In this document: piece by piece, positions 15,831-31,479 of the stretch
Numbering within the stretch: position 1 is the stretch's first letter
How the letters are laid out: the number at the start of each line of letters is the position of its first letter
DNA from: the human T2T-CHM13v2.0 reference genome, Homo sapiens
Assembly (NCBI RefSeq): GCF_009914755.1
Contig: NC_060925.1
Reading direction: 5' to 3' (one strand)
DNA: 64,000 nucleotides
Made by a program: the position numbers and the translations under genes
The notes under the pieces: model-generated
What the model saw: the letters and a program-made list of their open reading frames with translations, nothing else
What the model was told of the DNA's origin: nothing
The model's database searches: none

Positions 15831-16767
15831 AATTCTGGGAAGAAGGGATGCTGATTTGAAGAATCTTAGCAATATTTTAGCTCCCATAATAGTAAAAATT
15901 TTTAGAAGCGCTTCCTGTGATTCCAGTCAGATATGGCATTGTTTTATATTCCCATTGTCAGTGATCTCTAAACGGCATTCCTGCCACTAAACTGCCACTG
16001 TTTTCCTACAAGGGACGTCTGATCAGTTTCTGAATTGAGTCCCAAGATACGTGCCTTAAGCTATTGCATGAATATCTCTATGTGGGAAATTCTTGTGTTC
16101 TGATAGATGGAGAAAAATGTGGTGGAGATAGTAAAATATTACCAGTTTCAAATGTGTTTATGTTACCTTAAATTTGAGGCAGACTATGGAGAGTGAGAAG
16201 AAAAAGCAGAGGGGCAATAATCTGAAATAAAAGAGTGACAGAAAGGACAATTTGGTAAAGCCTTTCCTTCCCATAATGAAAAAAGTAGTCCCTAGTTATT
16301 GACAATTCACTCAGACATTACTGTACTTTACAATAGTCTTTACAATAGTCTTTCAAGGTTTCTTCCAATTTATGATTGAGGAAGTGGAGGCTCGGAGGGA
16401 GGAAGTGTGGCCACAGCTGCACAGTCCTAGGAGGGAAAGCTAGAATTTAAATAGGTTTGCCTGACTCGAAAGCTTGTGCTCTCACTGAAAGTTCATAGTA
16501 TCTTTCTGCCTCTAAAGAGAAGATGGTCCTGTTGAACCTGGAAAATCAGTGGCTAACATGGGGCTTTTCAAGACTCAATAAGGTGGAGGAGGCCAGAGGT
16601 TCAGCACGTTCTGCCAGAAACAAGTCACTGAAGAACGGAGGTGTATTACAGAAAGGCTTGGGGGGTGGGGGGTGGAAATAATTGTACCTAAAATGAAAGA
16701 AAACACAACCTTTTGGAAGAGTGGGAATGGAAGGTGATACTAAAATATTTAGAAAGCTAATAAGTTT

Positions 16768-17014
16768 TTGTTTTTTAAGAGACAGGGTTTAACTCTGTTG
16801 TGCAGGTTGGAGTGCAGTGGCACAATCATAGCTCGTGGCAGCCTTAACTCCTGTGCTGAAGTGATCCTCCCACTTCAGCCTCTTGAGTAGCTGGGACTAC
16901 AGGCGTACCAACACCCTCAGCTGATATTTTTATTTTTTCTGGTGATGAGGTCTCACTACATTGCCCAGGCTGGTCTTGAACTCCTGGCCTCAAGTGATCC
17001 TCCTGCCCAGGCCT
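16768..17014 (-). mobile_element. AluJ-like, 5'-truncated, with TSD
   Basis: TSD aagctaataagttt / aagctagtaagttt flanks the element. Confidence 0.9.
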
Positions 17015-20000
17015 CGAGAAGCTAGTAAGTTTCTAATCAGTTTGCACGTGCTTCTGAGTATGCTAATGCTTTTTTTTATTACCACTCAATGGTAATAAAT
17101 GGTGACGTGGTAATTCCAAGCTGTTTAGGAAAATTTGTACTACCAAATGTCACTGTCACTCAAGGGATTATTGCATATAGGTCTTATTTTGTTTGTTCTT
17201 TTTTAAGGCTTTCTCTGCCTTTCTCCCTTCTGTTACCATGGCAATATTAATGTTATTGATCTGAGTGGAACATGATGTTATTCACCAGTGTGACATACAT
17301 TAGATTTGTAAAGAATCTATTTATTAGAACAATTTATCAGGTGTTAATAATGCTCATACATTATATTATTTTTTGGTCACCCAATATAGAAGCCTCTATT
17401 GAGATAAAGAGGCATGATTTTTTTTTTCACAAAATGGATGATTTCTTATTTTAAACACAAAGTGTGTGTAGCGAGCACTACTTTCTCTAGGAGGATCTCC
17501 GGGAGGATTCTGGTGGCATGTTGGTCAGCCTTCCCTGAGGCGACCCGCAGGAATGGAATTGGCGCCAGCAGGGAACAGTCACTCACAGTCCACCCAACTC
17601 ACAGTGTGACTGATCACCACGCCAGTCATGTCAAAACTGGACATTTCCTGTTCACAGAAAGTTGAAGCAGGTCCATTTTGAAGAACATCTGATTGGACAT
17701 TTAAAAATGGATAAAGATGATTCAGAGGACCAAAAGCCCAATTTTCCATTTTCACAAGCTATAGGTAGAGCAGCCCTAGCTGACTGGAACAAAGTGTGAC
17801 TGAAGCATGTTTATTGTGAAGAAAGAGATGGAAATACTGGAGATGGGCATTGACTTAACTCTATTTCGGTAATGTTGTGGCCACACCAATAAGTCCCCAG
17901 CTTCCCTCTCCCCTGTGTAGCTTTTTCTCCTTTTTCTGTTTGTTGCACCCCTGACGGCAGCGTGTTCGGCTTGTTCCCTTTCTCAGGTGGTGGAAGTCTG
18001 TGGCCTCTTAGCCTGTGCCTCCCAGCACACCTGAAGAAAACCACAATTCCCAGTGAGGCACTGACGCTTGTATCTTATTGCTTAATTATTATACCTATTT
18101 AATGCTACTTAGAACATTGTCAGCTGTTGAGAAAAGGTAATTATCACTAGTCAAATGAAAAACACTTTTTTGGCTGCCTTACGGGTACACATTTTACTGG
18201 TACCTTGATACATAATGAAGCCTGATAGCAAAACTTTTGCTTGTCTCTTCTTCAAGCCACAGCTGTTTCCCTGCTAAATTCATCCCATCTGTCTTCCCTT
18301 CCGTAAAGCTGTAGGCAGTATAGCAGAAGTACAGAAGCAGTTCAGCGCTATTTTGGATAAACATAGCTGAAATTTGAATCTTTGCCATTTGCGATGCACA
18401 CATTTTGTTTTACTGCTGTAAAGAGAGCTGTCAAAATACAACTACATGGATAATTTACTAAAATGCAGTCAAATGTAAGGTTGATCAAAGGGAGAGTACA
18501 TTGGGTCACTCTGACTATTCCAGTCTGTGCTCTGAAAGGTGTCACTGACCTCGAGGTCCCCATGAATTCTGTTTGGGGAGAGTAGCATCTGAAGTCTTTG
18601 CTTTAATTCCGCAGCATGGTTTTGAGGAGTTACCAGTTCCTTGTAACTGTATCTGTGGCATGACTTTCAGAGTCTTTAAGAGGCTTCAGAAGTCCATTTT
18701 CTTCATCTTCAAAAAATTTGCACTGATGAGAGATGTTTTCTCTTTCTTGGCACAGTCAGACAGAGCTGAGCTACATGACCATTCTGCTGAGTTCTGACAT
18801 TTATTTCATTGGAACCTTTGTTACCACTGAGGCAGTCTGTTTCATTTTCATCCCATTCCTTATTTCTGGACTATTGGTGCGTCTAAATGTACCATGGTAC
18901 ATTTTTAAAACTCAATACTATACAGAGCTTTAGCGTCAAGGGAGGTGTTTTCTTGGATGAATTCCTCTTCTCAATTCTAAGAAGATTCACCTCCACCTGG
19001 CCCACAGCCCTCACACACATATTTACTGCTTGTTCCCATGTGCAAAGGTCTTTTCCGAGCCCAAATGGGTCATGACCTCTTCGAGGGGAAGGGCTAATAC
19101 CTAATATATTTTGGTAGCCACTGTGATCAGAGCTCATAAGAGGTACTTGGACTTCAGGTAAGTGAAACACAACATCTTTGGAATGAGATCTTATCCCATT
19201 GGTTCTTTACTCTAAGATTTCACTTTACCTTACCCTCTCTCCACCACTTCTCAACCCTGCATCAGTGTAGCACAGAGGGAATGAAGGGGGCTGCAGGAAA
19301 GGTTTGGAGGCCAGGCCGAGGATTGAGCCCACTACTTTCTGCCCTTCCCCATTTGCCAGAACTCAAGTCACCTGGCTCAACCAACTGCAGGAGCTGGGAT
19401 GCATGATCTAGAAGAGGAGGAACCTGTGGAGTGGTGAGCTCCAGTGTTCTCGTTCCTATCATCCCTGCCTCTAAAAATAACCCTCCATAAACAAATGATA
19501 GCAAAAGTCATCTCGTGCATATAAAGACATGACAGAAAGCAATATCTTTTTAGGTAAGGGGCTGTGTGGCTGTGAAGGTAAGGACAGTAACCAGTGAGGT
19601 TTCCCTCCTAACACTGTCATACACACATCCTTTTCACAAATGTCATCTTGCTAACAACTATGCAACCTCCTTGGAGTGAAATCTTGGCTGTCTTGTTCTC
19701 CACTGTATCCCAACGCCCAGTAAAGAAGACATTGTAGGTGCTCAGAAAATATTTGCTGAGCAAAAATGAATGCATGAATAGTAGAACAAATTTACATTGT
19801 ATTTTTTTTCACATTATCTTAAAACTCCTACCTTTTGTACAGCCAGAAGACACCAGCACCTATGTGTGCACTGCATTTAAACAGCTTTAGCAATATCATA
19901 GTGCTGTTGGGTCCCCAGCTGCTGCCAGTGAAATTGTTTACCTAGAAAGTCCCCAAGGCCTTTTCTGCACCAAGATATTTGCCTTCTCTCATCTTTTGGC

Positions 20001-23000
20001 AAAAAACAAAACAAAACAAAACAAAAAAAAACCCTAGGCTCTTTGGAAGACAAAAAAAGTATATGACTGCCACACATGCAACCAACTTTCTGCTTCCACC
20101 AAAGGTGGAAATGGTTTTGTCAGTGGTTCTCTGAAAGCTGTTTATTTTAAAAGATAAATAAATCTTTCCCCTTACCCTGTGACATCTGATCCAGGGCCAA
20201 TAGGAGCTTTCAAAACACAGTCAAGTCCACTGATGCTGTTCTTAAAAATGCATTCTTTCATTCAACAGCTGCATGTATTGGACACTGTGCTGGATGCTAT
20301 GGGTACCAGCAGGATTCAGTCCTGACTCTCAAGGAGCTAACATTTTAGTGCAGGAGGCAGACAGTCATAGTGCACTGTGGTAAGAGCCATGGGTAGGGCA
20401 CAGAAGAAGGAACAGGTAAGCATGAGAAGGCCAAGAGGAGCTCTGTAGAGTGGCAACACTTGATGGCTAGGGAGAGGCAGTGTATGCAGAGGAGAATAAG
20501 GCCCTTTCTCTTCTAATATTTTTTTGGATTGCACACTTTAGAAAACAATTTTAGACTTAAGACCCAAAATGAGAAGAAGCACATGACTTCTGGCTGACAG
20601 CCCTGACATCCCCAATATGAGGACATGATTCTGTGCCTTGCTGGACCTCCTGACTGCCCAGCCAGCCAGGGCTGCTCCTGTGTCTGTCCAGCCCCAAGAC
20701 CAGCCTGATGGAAACCGCTTCCTGTAATGCCTAATATAGCACAGTCCACTCACAATATGGGTCTAAAACCAGACTTTTATCTTGGGAGGGAAAAAATAAT
20801 ATATGTAACAAAAATGTAATCCATGGTAATATTACTCATTAAATTCACCATATGATTAGGTTTTTGAGTTTTTAGTAATCCACTGACATCTTCTCCCTGT
20901 CTTTGTGATGAGTCCAGAGCCTGCACCTTTGACTCTGTTTGCCTGGGTGGTACTCCGACATCTTCGATAGGGAGGGTAATGAGACCGTTCTGCCAGTAGG
21001 GCACATGGCCACATAGACTGTTTAAATCATGAAATCTCTTGGAAATACCCATCCAAGGGATGGATGTGAACTCTCGGTGTTCCCGTGAGAGCCAGCAGGG
21101 GTAGGTGCCATTGGCTAGAGAGACGGCTGAAAATAACCCTTCATTCAGAGCCTTGTGTAGAAAGTTGGGTTGCTGTGCTCATGTCCTCTTGACCCAAAAT
21201 TGTTAACATGGTTGGATGAAATGCTGTTCCTAGAGGGGAACAAAAGTGGCTATCACAATTAACATGGCCCTGTTTGACACCTGATCCTAAAAGTGATTTT
21301 TGTAAATTAGAGTTTGAAGCATGTGGTGGCATTGGTGGTGCTTTTTCTGAATGTTGTTCACTTAGGTTTTCCAGTTACACGAATTGTTTTCGGGGAGCTT
21401 ACACACCTGTTCCCATCCTCTGGGGTGGGCTAGTTGCTATGTTATGAACCTTAACCTTTGCATATACCTCTGTTTTATTCATGGGAGGTCACAACTTGGT
21501 AATTCTGTCTAGTATTCAAGCAGATTATTACAAGTGCTTAGAAGACTAATATAGTTAGCATTTGATTTGAAAGGGACAAAGACCAGTTAATAGTTTTCTG
21601 TAACTATACTTAATATTTCATCAGGCAAGTAAGGTTGCTGCCACTTAGTTAACTGGGATGCCAAGGAATTGCTAAAAAAAATCAAATTAATACACATTAT
21701 TACACATATTTACACACATTGAACTATTTCAAACCAGTATTGCTGGAATAAAGACAAAATAATACTGTGTATTTACATAACACCATAACACCTTTCATCA
21801 GAAAAATCTCAAGCCTTCGCAGACTAACTAAGCTGCACAACACCGTGTGAGGTGTGTAGGAAGTAAGATAGGACAATAAACAAGAAGTCGATGGAGGGAA
21901 AAGGCAGGCAGGCAGGCAAGCATGCTTGCATAGGGTGAGTGAGACTCCTTCCTGCTGGATGACCCACTGGCATTCAAGTCCTGGTCACCCCATCGTGAGG
22001 ATACCTAGATTGAAAGCTCCAGTACATGTCACAGGTGATTACAGACTTGAGTATTCTTCTGTGTGTTGTTTTTCCATTCTAATGTCTGTATTTTAATTGA
22101 ATCGACTGGACAAAGATACAGCATTCCACCTCTACTGGACTGTAACAGTGACTCCCAGTGTGATCAATCATTTGATCATTGTTTCACTTTCCCTAGGGCC
22201 AACTAAATACAGTTTCCTTTATTTTTCCTTAGCTAGAATTTTTTTACTAAAGTGTGACAGTTTATTCTCTAGAAATGCCTAGAGATGGCTGGGTACATGC
22301 TAGTCCATGGAAAAGGCATGGGTGAGTCATGGTCTCTTTTGGGAGGGTCGGGGCTGGTGGGAACAAATTCCTGCCCAAGCCTGCTTCAGTGGCTGCCATG
22401 CCCAACACCTCCCATGATAGGCCTGGCCTGGCACTGTGAGCAGAGAGAGCTGACCAGGCCTTCTGTGGAGCATCTGAGACAGGCCTGGAGCTGGAGGCAG
22501 TAGCGAGCCAGGAGAACCAGCGTGAAGAACACAGGAACAGCAACAGGCCAATGGGAGTCGTGAATTTGGCTTTTCGAATTTTGGAAGAGCATACATTAAC
22601 ATCTTTAAATCAATTTTGAATGTACTATGTTCTATTGGATATTCAAAAAGTTTAGTCCTGAAACTTAGTACTCATTCAGTTATCCCATGCAAAGGATTTA
22701 TTCACCTCATCCTTTGAGAAAAAAGAATTTTCTGTATGTTAGTCTTTCACACAGCCTCTGTTTCGGCTTAACCTTTCAGATTTTCAGATAATTTAGGTGT
22801 CACAGATACCCATGATAGGATCGTTTTTCAGACACTATAATTTAAATGTCTCTGAAATGTAATAAACAGAGCTTTGTCTGGGTTTTGGAAATGATGTTTT
22901 CTTCCCAAACAGCTGTTCATTTGTATTAACACTTTTTTCTGTCTCTAACAGAAAGGCAGCATTTCTTTTTTATGTATAATCTCATCGGCCTTTTCATCAT

Positions 23001-23559
23001 GTTAACTGTGTCCAGTGTATTGTTGTGGTATTATTTTTAATATCCTGGTGTACCACAGGCAGATGACTAGCATGACCTCAGGGCTTTCTGAAGAGAAGAT
23101 ACCGCTCATTTTTCCATAGCCTATTCTAGGGCAGACTCTCACTCTCTATCTTAGTGGGGCTGGCTAATTTCATTACCTATTCAATTCATCTGAGACCATT
23201 TTGGTAAAAGCGTTGAAATAGCAATGCGCTATGAGCTAGTCTTTGCTCCTGTATTCAACTGGCAAAGCAAAGGACTTTGGTTTTCATTTTGGGGGCCCCA
23301 GTTAACACCCAAAGGATGGCAATTTATGAGGCCCTGATGAAGATGGTGAGAACTGGCATTTGATATATATCAATATTTGATTTATTTGATATATGTGATC
23401 TTCTAACAACCTTGTGATGTATATAGGAGAAGTATTGTTAAAATTAAATTTTACTTTGAAGGAATTCAGGCCTAGAGAGGCTAAATGTCACAGATTCCCA
23501 TGGCTGGTAGGCTGGGCCTCATACCCTTTCCTACTTAATGCCTCTGAGATTCACTAGAG

Positions 23560-23805
23560 AGAAGAGTAGTTAACAGTGCAGGTTCTGAACTCAGACAGTT
23601 TAAGTTCAAATCCTGTCTCTACTATTTCTGTGCTATGCGATTTTAGGGCAAGCTACTTAACATGGGAGTAAACTTCTTCATCTGTAAAATTATGACAGTC
23701 GTGCTACCTGTGTCACAGTCTTCTCTCAAGGATTGAATGAGTTATTACACAGAAATGTTAAGAACAGTGCAGGGCACATAGTAAGTACTCAACAAACATT
23801 AGCTA
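23560..23805 (+). mobile_element. MIR
   Basis: gttcaaatcctgtctctact...ggcaagctacttaac...catctgtaaaat...ggcacatagtaagtactcaac. Confidence 0.8.
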
Positions 23806-25360
23806 GGTGAATTGTTTAAAGTGTCCAGCACAGGAAGCAGCCTGTAATAGGAAATGAGCCTGTATTATGCCTGGGAGGTGATGTTACACAGGTCCTATCG
23901 AGAGTAGACAAGCTGACTAAGGAAGGTGCTCAAGTCCAGCAGGGAAAGTTCATTCTGCCCGTACTGTTACCAAAGTTAGAATATGACAATACTTCTGTTT
24001 TTGCGGTACAACCCGGGACTATTGCAGCCTATTAAATTAATGAGAGGCAGATAATTGACAGTGTCTCCCACTGGGGAACCAGGTCTCACTCTGGGTGGAG
24101 CAGTTAATATGCAGGTCTCCACTCTGGAGGGATAGGAGTGCTGCTTCCTCATGCTGCATTCCAGAATCCTTTCTAGATGCCTTCAAGATTTATACCCTTA
24201 AAGTTGGAAACCTGGGGGGCACCTTGTGCCCAAACAGCGCTAAATTCCAGGTAACACATCTCCATTCACAACCTATTGTGCGTAGACCCTCCTGGACACT
24301 GCTATTGACCGTTGACTGATTATGTGATCAAAGATTGATGAATCTGGAAGCACTGGAGGGATAGCAAAGGCTTTCATTTTTTTGTTTGTCTTTTTAAATC
24401 CTGTTCCATGTTCCACTTTGAACTGGATTGAAGTCAGCAGTGAAATCAGGAGTGTGGAAGCTGTGGTACCAGAGGAGAGAACCAGTGAGAGAGACTTGGC
24501 TTATAGCAATCAGTCCAGCTCCAGTCAGATAAAGGAGACACCAGTGAGGGAGTGAACAGAATGGTAGAGAACAACCCAGCTGAGATTCCAGCATCCTTTT
24601 CTTCTATCATCAGATACAAGAGGAGAGTTCACAAGAGAAGCCCAGTGGCTTTATTCGGAGAGAGTTGTCTGGTTAAGCACATATGTGCACCGCAAATCCA
24701 CATTTGAGATCCACCCGTTTACATTTCTTCATATCAGCATCTGATCAGGAACCTCCAAATGTTCTAGCATCCTTTGCAAATAATTTTGATTTGGAAGGCT
24801 TCTCTGGATAGTTCATTTTTACTGAAAGACTATTCTCTTGATAAGAAATTTCTGACAATTTTAGTTATGTTAAATCAGATTCCACATATATAATGACAGC
24901 TTTGTTGGTGTGTATTTGTGTGTGAAGCATTGAAACGCATGTCACGTCCTGCCATCTTATAAAGAACACTGCCTTAATTTTTAACTATGCTGTAGGGAGC
25001 ACCCAGTGTTCATACACATGTATGAGTGTATGTCAACATACATAGGATGATTGAACCATGAACTCTGTAAAGTTTGGTAGCATACACAGAAATTTGGTAA
25101 GGACAAGGATTTTTGTGCTACAAAACTTCCTTATCAAATGCCCAGTAGCTCTACGTGAGTTCCACCCAAGGACCTTGTTGTATGGACAAAAGGGCACAGG
25201 ATTTTCCAGCCGTTGCTGCAATAATAGGTTTAGAAGACAGACCTGGGATTGTGTTCCAGCTTTACCACTTACTACCCCTGTGAACTTAGGCAAGATATTG
25301 TAGCATCTCTTAGCCTCAGTTTCCCTGTCCATAAAATGAGGATCATAATATTATCAATAA

Positions 25361-25866
<506 letters not shown>

Positions 25867-28800
25867 ATGGCTGACAAAGCATTTAGTACAGTAACTGCAC
25901 ATAGAAAGAGCTCAATACATATTGTTTATTGCTTTTGCTATTTTTATTATTGAATCACAATTACCTCATTCATTAGATAGAAGAAATACTTCCTACATAA
26001 CAGAGCTGGGTTTCAGAGTTGACTGAGCTAACGTATGTGAAAAGTACTTCGTATATGCTCTGAAGCACCCTGTGAAAATAATAATGATTGTATGTTTATT
26101 TACTGAGGATCTACTAAGCACCAGTCACTTTATATACTCTCCAATTCTCATAACAATCTTGTGAGAGACATAGTATGATTTTATAGAGCAAATGAAAGGA
26201 TAGGCTTACAAGGATTTGCTTAGGATCATGCTCAGATTTCGACCCAGATCTATTTTAAATTCAGATTTATCCTTCTACAAAGCCACATATCAATGATGAT
26301 AACCTTGAGAATTGCTAATAATAGTTTCTTGACTTTATTAACGGTCGAATTGGACTCATATTATCTAGTTTAGGCTGATTTGTCATTTTTTTGAGTAGTA
26401 TAGCATCCATGGCATGCTTTTTTTGTTAAAATGTATGATTTTGATGAAATGCACTTAATACATCCTCACTCACAAACTTGTATATGTAGCTACCTACAAA
26501 AGATATTTGTACCACTAAGCCCTTGGCTATGAAGGCAGTTCCAAATAAAAGAACATGTCAGCAGAGTCCTAGGCAATGGCAGTGTGGTTGAAATATACAT
26601 GCTGTCCTCAAGGTGAATAATTTGAAGGGCATACTTTTTTGAGTGGATAAATTCTGATTTTTATTATAATTTTCAGTGCTTTTTCAGTCACTCCTCATGT
26701 TTTTACATTTCAGTTACATGAATTTTCATTCATATTGTGGATTACAAGTAAACTGAATTTACAATTTGATGCCCCTGCCTGCATACTAATGATAACTAGC
26801 TTATTGCTCACCAGCTCACAGTGATCTGCTCAGATTGGCATATTGGACCCTGGGCATATTCATGAGGTAATGTATCTGCCTGCGAGTGCATGTGTGCATC
26901 TGGAACCTAGCGTATTGTAAGGAGATAGGCATGGCCTTTTCAGTTTGGTCCCTTCCTAGCTACAGGGCTTTGCGAAAGTGTTGGTTTTTTTTTTTTTTTT
27001 TTTTAGTCTTCTAAGCCTCAGTCTCCTCATCTATTAAACTGGAATAATAATACCTATCTCTCAGAGTTTCTTGGCAAGTAAAGGGGTACTTCAGATAACA
27101 TGCCCCATACTCAAAATATGTAACTCCCCTTTCCACCCTTCTTTGTTACCAAAAAAAAAAAAGTATAGCAACAGTAGAATATTTGCTTTGTTTTTTCACT
27201 GGATCATAGTTCCACACACAAGAAAAACCATGTCTGGTTAACAACACAAGGTCTAAACAGATTTACAAGGAGATCAGATGCTTCGCCTTTCACCTGACTG
27301 AGATGAAGCCACCAACGAGGCTGTCCCATGTGTGCAGTGCCTTCTGCCCAGATGTGGCGCAAGTGCTCCAGCTGCCCCGACGGGGCTGGGGCCTCAGAAT
27401 CCCCCTCACTCCGCCTTTTGGGTTTTTGCTCCTAAAGCATCCTGGCCGTCATCACTCACATGTGCTCACCAGGTTTCGTTTCTAGTTCAGAGGAAACCCA
27501 TACTTTTCACCTGTGTCTTTTGATCCCTGGCCTGATGGAATATTTTTCTAATGCCCCCACTTTTCCCAACTGCTCTAAGTTACAAATGGCCAGATTTCAG
27601 TCATTAGGAGAGTAGAATTTTTTTTTCCTTTTCCTTTTTTTTTTTTTCTTTTTTTTGCAGCCTGTCTCACTGGGGGCTGGATTCCAAGGAAGCAGCCCGT
27701 GCACTCACAGGCCAGGGGAGCCAGGATTTCAACGGTGTCAACAATCTTTGCTCATCACACCAAAAAAGCCCTGTGTCGGTGCCGACTCATTAGCATACAG
27801 CCGTGCTGTGCTTGCTAACAAAGCAGGCTCTGGGTATCTGCTAGTTTCTCAGCTTGTCTGTCTTCCTTGACCGAAAAGAAGAGAAGAAATAGATTCAGGC
27901 AAGGGTGCTGTCCCCCTCCTGTGGCAAGACAGCATCACAAGGATTCCCAGAGAGAGCGAGCTTTGAAGTGATTTTAAAGTCACCATCCTTGGGAGAAAGG
28001 AGACTGTCCACCCTTTGTTTTTCTCATCTTCTTCTATAGCATCAACAAGCAAAAGAAAAATCGCTATGTTCTCTAGTTAAAAATGATCGAGCCCTGAATA
28101 CTTCCTGGTCATCTCTTTCATAGTTGTTGTTGTTAGAGTGCATAAGAAGAAATATCTGTATAGGCAGAGGTACACAAGCATGCTCTCCCCTCAGTCTGTC
28201 TCTCGATCCCTCTTTTGTTGGGGGATGGAGGGAAGAAGAAACGTACAAGCAGATGTGCTGCTAGATCTACAGGCTTCTGCCAACCATATGGCATCTTAAG
28301 GAAAGATGGTTGGAGCGTCTGGATTAGCAGAGTCGGGATGGGAAGCCATGTGTCGTGTTGGTACAGGCAGTTGTTTGAGCTCTCTCTAAATGGCTTCAGG
28401 AGATTGTGTAATGGAACAAATGGTCCTGCGAGCCCAGGAACAGCCTTGCCGCTGCTGGAGAGGCAATTGGCCCTCGGGCGGGTACTGCTTCCCTTTTTTC
28501 CCCCAGTATTATGTATTCTTCATTTAATGTTCTTCGAACTCTGAGACTTGACTCGGAACTTTTCAACTTATTACGCTCGTGGGTTCTGTCTGCCTCTGTG
28601 TCTGCCTGAACTCTACTCTGTCCCTAATCTGGTAATTAATAATGCCCCAGTCCTCTTCTGTGTCCTCTCCCTCGGCCCTCCACGGGGGGTCCAGGCTCAG
28701 CAGGCCAGCTTTTCGTGCCTCTTGACAAAGGCCTTTTCGGAGGAGGCTGCCCTGCTATCAGGGGTTGGGGGGTGGAGGGAGGATGATGTATCCACCCATC

Positions 28801-31479
28801 AGAATTCCCAGAAGCCTCAGGAGATGGAAAATCTTTCATTTCTTAATGAGTTAACTGGGAGTTTTACGTCGTCCTAGGTGTTAAGCACATGAGAAATATG
28901 TAGCATCACTATTTTGGACCTCATGTGTGGCATTAAAAAAAATTATTCTAATTTCATACTAGTGAAAGCATTGGACTATTAGGTCACAGGTGCCATTTAC
29001 TCAGCAATTTGAGACCTCAGGATTCTACTCTCTAATACATAATTTAAATACTGTATGAATATACTGTAAATTGGAGAACTGAAACACTGTGAGGCTGGCA
29101 ACACATGGGCAGTATTTCAACTGTGGTCAGGTTCTCAGGCCATTCTTATTTTGGGAGGCTGGAGGCGGGAGAAGCAGTGAGACCTCACAACTAGAACAGA
29201 TCTGGTGAGTTTCTTCTCATAGGAAGGCTCTTTGGACATTTCAGCTGCCTTTTAGGGCAAACAGATCTTGTTTTGTTGATGTTTCAGGGTCATGGCACAT
29301 GCAGTGCAGTGTCTTTAGCTGCTGATATAGTTAGGTCTGCCTCCTCTCTGGGGTAGATAACAAAGCCTGAGGCTCCAGGTGTGTCATACATTGTGCTTAA
29401 TGGAAGATAAAATGGCTAGTTGATTCAGTCAAAGAACCTGTCCATTTATCTGACTAAATCATCAAACCAGTTTGAATTAAGTCATCAGCTTGAGTCCCTG
29501 AGAGTAGCTGGTCAGTACCTGGTGGGCATTTTTGTTTGTTTGTCTGTTTCTAAGTCCAGGGCTGGAGAAAGAGGTCAGTACCTGGTCTGTGCTGCACACC
29601 ATGGGGGCAGAGTGCCCTTCCTCCTTTCTCACAGGCAATGACCCCAAAAACGGAAGCAAGTAAGAAATGCAGCATCCAGGTTAAAAATGAATTCACTTAT
29701 GGTCAGCTGTGTCCAGGCTGAAAATGAGTCACCTATGGTCAACTGTGGGAAATAGGAAGCTGTCATGCCTACTGCAGCTTCCCTCAAAGGTACTTCGAGC
29801 AATGAAAATACATTCTAATTTATTTGCTGTGGAACAATGCAAAGGCTTCCTCAAAAAAAGAAATGAAACCTGGAGAATGTGTGACTGAACTCCAGCAGGA
29901 GAACAGGACACAAGTCTAGAAATCTCAAGTGTCTTCAAACTGTTATTATTTTTATGGATTTGTGACTCCAGCAAACAACTTTTACTATCTTAAACAAGGT
30001 CATCTGAAAATCACTTGAAGATTGTTACCAAATTCCTTCATAAATATTTTCTACAAACATAAATGTCCACCAGAAATTTCAGATAAAGTACTATTTCTCC
30101 TGTGTCAATTCTTTGTATTTAAAATTTATCTCATATACCTAGGTTTTAAAACACGTTTTTAAATTTTCAGAACTCATTTCATGCTGAACATGTTAAGTGC
30201 TAGGATATTCTTACTTTGTCTTCCGAGTTTAGGATCTCTGCGGGGGTGTGGGGGGTGTGTCTGTAGAAAGCATAATTTTGATTGTTATCCACCAATTGGA
30301 AGAAATCCCTACTTTAATCTCTTTTACCTTCCAAGTGTACATGGTCCCAAATTTGTCAGTCTTAGAATTTCTTGAAACAATGCAATTAAACTGCAACATA
30401 TTTCCTAACATTCTTAATTAAGACAGTGACTGAAAAATGTAGATTAACAGAAGTTACTGTTTTTATCAACATATTTTCTCTCTCTTTCCCGCCACCATCA
30501 CATCCCCCTCCCCCTACCCCTTCTTGCTTTAAATGTCTGATGTCAGTTTCATCCACATGTACATTATGCACATGGCACTGAAGAAACAAAGTAAAAAATT
30601 CTCTTTTAATTCTGAGCTGCATGCCCAGCGCCACATGCACTGTCTGTTACATGTCGCTTCTTATGAGGTTCATGCTGGGAAGTTTCTTTTTAAAGGCGAA
30701 GTGTTTCTGAAGGAAAGAGTTCAGGTTGGGCAGATTGTGTTAGAAAAATCTCACTGTCTCCGAGTGGAATTAATATACTGATTATTCTGTGCAGGCTCAA
30801 ACTGGCAGCGTGTGCAAAAGTTCAAGAGTGTCTGGGAATTGAAATATGGAGGAGAAAGCGGGAGAGTGAGCAGAGACAAAGAATTGGAAGTAGGGCTCAG
30901 AAGTGAAACTAAACGGTAACTTTGTAAAGAGAGGAAGGGAATTCAAGTCTGAACAACTGTCATGAAGCAGTACTTACTGAAAATATTTTTATGGAATCAG
31001 GAAGCTCCATTTTCCATGGCACTTTTTAGGAGGGGTCTTACAAATGAGTTTGGTTATTGGAGGAGAGTTGCCGGGGGTGGGGGCGGGGGGCCGGGGGAGT
31101 ACTTCTTTGAGTTCTCAAGATCCTTGCCAGTTTCAATTAAGTCACATGAGAAGCTTAATCACTAACATAGAAATGTAAACGGGTTGCAGTATTTCTTTGG
31201 CCTATTAGCCAAGATTTTTTTTTTCCTGTTTATTAAAATTTGAGTCCTTCATGATCACTGACAAACAATGATTCATTGGTTTACAAATAAGGAATTAAAA
31301 GGTAAGAAAAGCAAATGCAATCACGCAGCACCTTTCCCATCGCGGGGAAATCAACCTTTTTACTCATTGCCTCTCAGGGGAAAGAACTTGGGACGTGAGC
31401 ATGGAGTTAATGAAGCTTTCACCCATCTCCTCCTCTCAACCGTCATCCCGGTTTAATCCTCTCCTTCTGCCAAAGTCCA

